64,000 nt of DNA. It comes from a virus (taxonomy: Duplodnaviria; Caudoviricetes). This document shows, piece after piece, positions 58,892 to 64,000 of the stretch (positions are counted from its first letter, which is position 1; every line of letters begins with the position of its first letter). Under the pieces are notes generated by a model, which saw only the letters and a program-made list of their open reading frames with translations, searched no databases and was not told where the DNA came from. The stretch is from IMG/VR virus record IMGVR_UViG_3300010340_001122. The stretch is one strand, 5' to 3'. The position numbers were made by a program, and so were the translations under genes.

Positions 58892-59428
58892 ATGAGTGAT
58901 AAACCAACATTGGATAGAATAGAATTATTACATCCAGCAGTTAGACAAGAAGTTAAAGATATCTATTTAAATGAAATTGTACCTGCTTTAGCTGGAAAAG
59001 CAATATGCAGATTTGCATATACTTTAAGAACGTTTGCTGAGCAAGATGCACTTTATGCACAAGGTCGAACAAAATTATTTGACGCTAATGGAAAAAAATT
59101 AGGAGTTGTTACAAAAGCAAAAGGTGGTCAATCTATACACAATTTTGGATTGGCACTTGATATTGTCCTTTTAAAGGATACTAATGGTGATGGTACGTTT
59201 GAGTCTGCTTCTTGGGAAACAAATATAGATTTTGATAAAGATGGTAAAGCAGATTGGATGGAAATTGTAAATATTTTTAAAAAACATGGATGGGAATGGG
59301 GAGGAGATTGGAAATCATTTAAAGATCTTCCACACTTTGAAAAAACTTTTGGAAATACATGGAGAACATTATTACCAAAACATAATGCTAAACAATTTAT
59401 ACCTGGAACCACATATGTAAAGATCTAA
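58892..59428 (+). CDS. endolysin, M15 family L-Ala-D-Glu peptidase
   Basis: LRT..EQ..LYAQGRT, SIHNFGLALD, WGGDW..FKD.PHFE. Confidence 0.9.
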   Translation: MSDKPTLDRIELLHPAVRQEVKDIYLNEIVPALAGKAICRFAYTLRTFAEQDALYAQGRTKLFDANGKKLGVVTKAKGGQSIHNFGLALDIVLLKDTNGDGTFESASWETNIDFDKDGKADWMEIVNIFKKHGWEWGGDWKSFKDLPHFEKTFGNTWRTLLPKHNAKQFIPGTTYVKI

Positions 59429-59429
59429 A

Positions 59430-59461
59430 TAAAAAAACCACTCATTTTGAGTGGTTTTTTT
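59430..59461. terminator. bidirectional intrinsic terminator
   Basis: A-tract CCACTCA-ttt-TGAGTGG T-tract between convergent genes. Confidence 0.85.
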
Positions 59462-60611
59462 ATTTTAAAATATTTACTACTTCTGGATACCAATGACATT
59501 TTGTATCATCTTTATCATCATAATTTATTTTATCCAAAACATATCTCATTGCATTTAATCTTCCTATTTTTTTATCATTAGAATTTATTATTACCCAAGG
59601 AGACATTCTTGTTGATGTTTTATTAAACATCTGATTTTTATATTTAGTTATTATATCCCATTTATCAACAACTTTTGCATCGTTTGGTGAAAATTTCCAA
59701 TATTTAAGAGGAGATTGTTTTCTTAATTCAAATCTTAATTGTTGTTTTTCTTTAGTTATAGAAAACCAAAATTTAATTAAAATTAATCCTTTTTTTATTA
59801 AAGATTCTTCCCAATTTCCAACATTTTCTATAAAATCCATATATTGATCCTCTGTACAATATCCCATAGCTGGCTCAACGACTCCTCTATTATACCAAGA
59901 TCTATCAAAGAAAACAATTTCTCCATTATTTGGTAGATGTTTTTCATATCTTCCAAACCAATTATTTTTCTCTTCTTCTGTTGGTACTCCAAGAGCAACA
60001 ACTCTGAAGTATTTAGGATTTAAATATTCAATAAATCTTTTAATAGTTGAACCTTTACCAGCTGAATCTCTTCCTTCAAAAACAATAGCAACTCTCTGAT
60101 TTGTTCTAATAACCCATTCTTGTAATTTCATCAATTCAACCTGAATATCATATTTCTCATCTTCATATTTTCTACGAGTTATTAATGAGTGTTCTCCTTC
60201 GACTTTATCAAAATGATCTTCTTCTTTAGAATCTTGAGATTCCTCTTCAAATCTATTTTCTAGAGAAGAATAATAATTTAAAAACTCTTCTTTAATTTTC
60301 TTTTTAGTATTTCTTTTTTTTAAATCTAAAATTTGATTGATTTTTCTTAAAAAAGACACAATATTGAATTGTTCTACAATATCCTTTCCTAAATCCGAGT
60401 TTAATTGTGATATAATTTGAGGTATATTAATATTTGTAAAATCTTTATATTCAATTTTATTAGTTTTAAGATTATATTCAATATTGTGTAATATTGAATA
60501 TTTATATTGATCTAAATTAGTAATGATATTTATTAATAATTTATTAAAACTACTATCACTCATTTTACTAATATTTAATTCTTCTTTTATATGTTTTATA
60601 TAGTGTAACAT
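59460..60611 (-). CDS. ppk2: polyphosphate kinase 2 with N-terminal extension
   Basis: FEGRDSAGKG, FDRSWYNR, LKYWKFSPND, DKK.GRLN. Confidence 0.9.
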   Translation of the reverse strand: MLHYIKHIKEELNISKMSDSSFNKLLINIITNLDQYKYSILHNIEYNLKTNKIEYKDFTNINIPQIISQLNSDLGKDIVEQFNIVSFLRKINQILDLKKRNTKKKIKEEFLNYYSSLENRFEEESQDSKEEDHFDKVEGEHSLITRRKYEDEKYDIQVELMKLQEWVIRTNQRVAIVFEGRDSAGKGSTIKRFIEYLNPKYFRVVALGVPTEEEKNNWFGRYEKHLPNNGEIVFFDRSWYNRGVVEPAMGYCTEDQYMDFIENVGNWEESLIKKGLILIKFWFSITKEKQQLRFELRKQSPLKYWKFSPNDAKVVDKWDIITKYKNQMFNKTSTRMSPWVIINSNDKKIGRLNAMRYVLDKINYDDKDDTKCHWYPEVVNILK

Positions 60612-60621
60612 ATATTATATA

Positions 60622-61527
60622 TTAAATTTTCTTATCAAAGATATATAAATCATAAAGAGAATTACCTTTTACTTTAGTAATACTTTTCAATACTTGACCA
60701 GTTGTGGAATCTAAAACTTTATAAACTCCTAGATTTTTACCTTTATCATCTAAAACTTTAACTGTATTTCCAGGTTCTCCCATTGCTCCTAATATTGCAA
60801 GATATATGTTTCCATATATACTCTTTAAAAAGGATATTCTTACATTTTCAACATTTTTTAAATTATTAATATATGAATTTTCAAGTGGTTTATTCAAATC
60901 TAGTTTAGAATCTGTAATTTTTACTCTAATAGTAACAAATTTTCTTTCATCTTGACTCAAAGTCACCTCTTCCCTGTTTTGAATTACATTTTGTTGAACA
61001 AGATTTTGTTGATTTCTTCTAATAGCATTAAAATCAGCTTTAGCTATTATACCACCTCTCATTCCTTTATCATTCATATTATAACCAACTGGAGCTAATC
61101 TATAAAATGATCCAGTAAATGTCATAGATAATATTCTATCCGCTCTAAATAATCTCCAAATTTTATCAATATGTCTATTTTTAGAAACTGACCAACCATT
61201 TAAATGCCAACCTCTTATTAATGTTTTTCCTTGTGAAGATCTACCAATGACCATTGGATATATAACTCTCTCATGACCCGCAAAATGTTTATCTTTCTCT
61301 CCTTTATAATTTATTAAGAAAATCATTCCATATTGAATAGCTTTAATCATAAGCTTTTCATCATATTTAATAGGTTCATTAATTGGAATATTTTGAAAAT
61401 CTTTTATATTTTTTAAAGAAAATCTAGGAATAAACTCTCTATCTTCTTTTAAATCATTATAAGCCTCTTTGATAACAAATTCAACAGGTTTTCTATTATA
61501 GAAGGATTTTGCTTGAGATAAATTCAT
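60622..61527 (-). CDS. WYL-like domain protein
   Basis: I.Y...R.IYP..IG.....LIRGW...WRLFRADRI. Confidence 0.55.
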   Translation of the reverse strand: MNLSQAKSFYNRKPVEFVIKEAYNDLKEDREFIPRFSLKNIKDFQNIPINEPIKYDEKLMIKAIQYGMIFLINYKGEKDKHFAGHERVIYPMVIGRSSQGKTLIRGWHLNGWSVSKNRHIDKIWRLFRADRILSMTFTGSFYRLAPVGYNMNDKGMRGGIIAKADFNAIRRNQQNLVQQNVIQNREEVTLSQDERKFVTIRVKITDSKLDLNKPLENSYINNLKNVENVRISFLKSIYGNIYLAILGAMGEPGNTVKVLDDKGKNLGVYKVLDSTTGQVLKSITKVKGNSLYDLYIFDKKI

Positions 61528-61569
61528 TTACTTAATACTTTTCTTATATATTAAAACTTTTAAGTGCAT

Positions 61570-61598
61570 AAAAAACCCAGATATAATCTGGGTTTTTT
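61570..61598. terminator. intrinsic terminator
   Basis: A-tract CCCAGAT-ata-ATCTGGG T-tract. Confidence 0.8.
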
Positions 61599-61618
61599 AT
61601 TTTACATCAAATTTTAAA

Positions 61619-61786
61619 TTACTTTACAGTATCAACACAAGTTGTGTCACATTTTGTAGAATCAATGCATGTTGAATCTACTGAAACACTTGTTGAGTCT
61701 TTTTTAGTGGATTGTTCATCTTGAGAACTTCCACATGAAGACATTAAAATTGAAAAAAGGGTAACAGCTAAAATAGCTTTTCTCAT
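61619..61786 (-). CDS. small lipoprotein (55 aa), not in ORF track
   Basis: MRKAILAVTLFSILMSS-C signal and lipobox, then GSSQDEQ...DSTSVSVDSTCIDSTKCDTTCVDTVK. Confidence 0.75.
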   Translation of the reverse strand: MRKAILAVTLFSILMSSCGSSQDEQSTKKDSTSVSVDSTCIDSTKCDTTCVDTVK

Positions 61787-61865
61787 AATCAAATTAATTT
61801 TTATTATATATCAGAATAAAATACCTTTGTTTTAAATAGTGAAAAAAATATTTAATATATAATCT

Positions 61866-62591
61866 ATGATTCAGAATACAGAAGACGCAAATAAATACTA
61901 CCAACTTGTAAATCAATATATTGATGAGTATGTTGATAAATGGAAAATAAAACCAACTAATCTTAAAAATTACCTTTTAGGTAATAAATCAAGACTTGTT
62001 AATTTCTTAGAAAGAAAAGGACTTAAAGATATTGGTAATATAAACCGCGTAGTTTTAGATGTGGTTGAAGATAGGGTTGCTATGTATAGTGATGGTGTAA
62101 TGACATTCGAAAATTTTAAATTTTTTGAATCTGATGAATTTAAAATTATTGATATGAGACAATGTCTCTATAAAGGAATCGATAAAGCCACAATTGATCA
62201 TGAGAAAATATTAGCTGATTATTGGGATGCTTCTTTAAGTCAAATCGATATTGTATCTGCTGAAAAGCATATTTTTAAAGTAGATAAAGGATTATCATCC
62301 GGTGATGGTATGAATGTAGTAATTTATAATGAATCTGAACTTACTACTATTAAAGAAAATATTAAAGACTATGTTTTAAATCAAACATTTAACAAAACTG
62401 TAAAATTAGATTTAGGAAAATCTGACTTAGATTTAAATGTTAATATTAAAGATTTTATGAATGAAGATAAATTCAAAAATAAAATAGACGAAATATTAAC
62501 TCCTGAAAATGTCAAAAGTATTATTTCGTCTATTTTAGATTGTAAAGAAGAAAATAGCCAAGAAGGAAGTTTTATTGCTATTTTACAGTAA
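61866..62591 (+). CDS. hypothetical protein
   Basis: Promoter 61853-61861; internal VMTFENFKFFES. Confidence 0.6.
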   Translation: MIQNTEDANKYYQLVNQYIDEYVDKWKIKPTNLKNYLLGNKSRLVNFLERKGLKDIGNINRVVLDVVEDRVAMYSDGVMTFENFKFFESDEFKIIDMRQCLYKGIDKATIDHEKILADYWDASLSQIDIVSAEKHIFKVDKGLSSGDGMNVVIYNESELTTIKENIKDYVLNQTFNKTVKLDLGKSDLDLNVNIKDFMNEDKFKNKIDEILTPENVKSIISSILDCKEENSQEGSFIAILQ

Positions 62592-62633
62592 TTCATGTAA
62601 CATCATGATATCCATTTAAGATATATTATTATT

Positions 62634-63047
62634 TCACGCCATTGGTTTCAATTTAATTTCATAGATTATTATATCTGATGGATCTTTCATAAAGTAGAAT
62701 TTATCAACGATATCTAAAAATGATTTACCATTAAACCAAGAGACATTATCTTTTACATCTCTTTTTTTTCTCCAAACTATTTCATAATTTTGAAAGTTTT
62801 TCTTATAGTCCGACTTGATATAATCAATCATCTTATTTAAACAAGATAATTTATTTGAAGATTTTATCTTATGAAAAAGAAATCTTTCCCCGTGATTTTT
62901 AGAAATTGTTATAATTGAAAGTTCAGTATCTGATTCACTTTCTTGATAATCAAAATAAAGTGTGACATCATCAAGTTCTTTTCTGATAATATCTTCAGAT
63001 GTCATTTCTGCTAATAAAATTTCGGATGATTTGTTTAGTGAGTTCAT
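62634..63047 (-). CDS. hypothetical protein
   Basis: 137-aa ORF. Confidence 0.5.
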   Translation of the reverse strand: MNSLNKSSEILLAEMTSEDIIRKELDDVTLYFDYQESESDTELSIITISKNHGERFLFHKIKSSNKLSCLNKMIDYIKSDYKKNFQNYEIVWRKKRDVKDNVSWFNGKSFLDIVDKFYFMKDPSDIIIYEIKLKPMA

Positions 63048-63250
63048 ATTCCTAATATATTTAGTTTTTTTTCTCTTATTTGTTCGACGGTTAAGAATTT
63101 TGATTTTGAAATTCTTCTATAATCATGATTCTCATTTATTATCCAATATGAAGTTTCATCTGAAATTTTATCAATAAATGTTACCTCATACCAATTACCA
63201 ACCGTAATTGATAATGAAACATCTTTATTATCAATACAAAGTACCTTCAT
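63044..63250 (-). CDS. small hypothetical protein
   Basis: MKVLCID...IREKKLNILGI. Confidence 0.55.
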   Translation of the reverse strand: MKVLCIDNKDVSLSITVGNWYEVTFIDKISDETSYWIINENHDYRRISKSKFLTVEQIREKKLNILGI

Positions 63251-63855
63251 TATTCGTGATGATCAACTGGTGATATAATTTTATCATTCATAACTTTTTT
63301 AAGCTCTGAATATGATAGTGGTGTATAATCCCAACCATTTGTTCCAACATCAATTACTTTTCTTTTATAATACCAAGCCATTTCAGGATTTTTCATAATT
63401 GATTGATGGCAGTGTCCGTGAATATGCCAAGAACCATGATGTGATTTGTTCCAAGAAAGTATTGGGTAGTGACATAAGATTATATCTTGATATCCTCTAC
63501 TTGCATCATCATCCTTTACGGATATTGTAGCACCACCAAGAGTAGTATCATCACCAAATACTTTTTCAAATCCTAATTTAGATATATCTCTTATTCTATC
63601 ATGGTTTCCCATTATAAAATAAATCTTACCTTTTAATTGGTCTCTAAACCATTTTGCCTCACCTTTATCCTTAAAAGCAAAGTCACCTAAGTAAAATACT
63701 ATATCTTCATCATCAACTACTGTGTTCCAGTTTTTGATAAGTGTTTTATGCATTTCTTCCGTATTTGCAAACGGTCTTCCGTCAAATCTAATTACATTAT
63801 GATGACCAATATGGAAATCACTAGCAAAGTGTATGTTTTGATGTTCAATTCTCAT
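63250..63855 (-). CDS. calcineurin-like metallophosphoesterase
   Basis: SDFHIGH, LGDF, GNHD, HYP, HGHCH. Confidence 0.85.
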   Translation of the reverse strand: MRIEHQNIHFASDFHIGHHNVIRFDGRPFANTEEMHKTLIKNWNTVVDDEDIVFYLGDFAFKDKGEAKWFRDQLKGKIYFIMGNHDRIRDISKLGFEKVFGDDTTLGGATISVKDDDASRGYQDIILCHYPILSWNKSHHGSWHIHGHCHQSIMKNPEMAWYYKRKVIDVGTNGWDYTPLSYSELKKVMNDKIISPVDHHE

Positions 63856-63919
63856 ATGACAAATATACGAATTATTTTGATAAACAAATTTTAATATATA
63901 AAAAAAATAACATAAATAT

Positions 63920-64000
63920 ATGATAAAGTCATATTTAGAGTTTATTAAAGAAAATCAAACTCCACCAGGATCAGGAACCGCAAATACAACCTCTATATCA
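63920..64000 (+). CDS. CTS-like protein (3' partial)
   Basis: MIKSYLEFIKEN after TAATATATA at 63892-63900. Confidence 0.55.
   Translation, partial: MIKSYLEFIKENQTPPGSGTANTTSIS

Overview
Very AT-rich, gene-dense 64-kb segment of a large T4-like (myovirus-type) phage genome. The host is probably Bacteroidota, inferred from TATATTTG -7 promoter boxes, A-rich translation starts without Shine-Dalgarno sequences, an Hc1-like histone, a PorT-like beta-barrel and a D-S/T-rich lipoprotein. The window encodes baseplate and tail proteins (gp6-, gp53- and gp5-like, and a GH19-hub fusion) and replication/recombination proteins (C-terminal half of a split family B DNA polymerase, clamp-like protein, primase, UvsW, UvsY-like). 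It also carries auxiliary metabolism (PurA, Gmk, PPK2, IscA, NadM-Nudix, an internally deleted NAMPT, an aminotransferase), RNA-repair enzymes, two orphan DNA methyltransferases, ClpP, a J-domain protein and four GIY-YIG/HNH endonucleases. Top finding: the polymerase gene is interrupted inside motif B by a 38-nt hairpin-containing coding gap closed by stop codons (CUU UUU UGA-hairpin-UGA CUA). Removing exactly 38 nt restores QLALKLILNGSYG. The gene lies next to a freestanding HNH endonuclease, so this is a candidate ribosomal-bypass or micro-intron cassette resembling T4 gene 60/mobA. About 20 proteins share a T4 capsid-targeting-like N-terminal peptide, most downstream of a TAATATATA promoter-like motif. 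All assignments come from reading motifs by eye; no searches were run.
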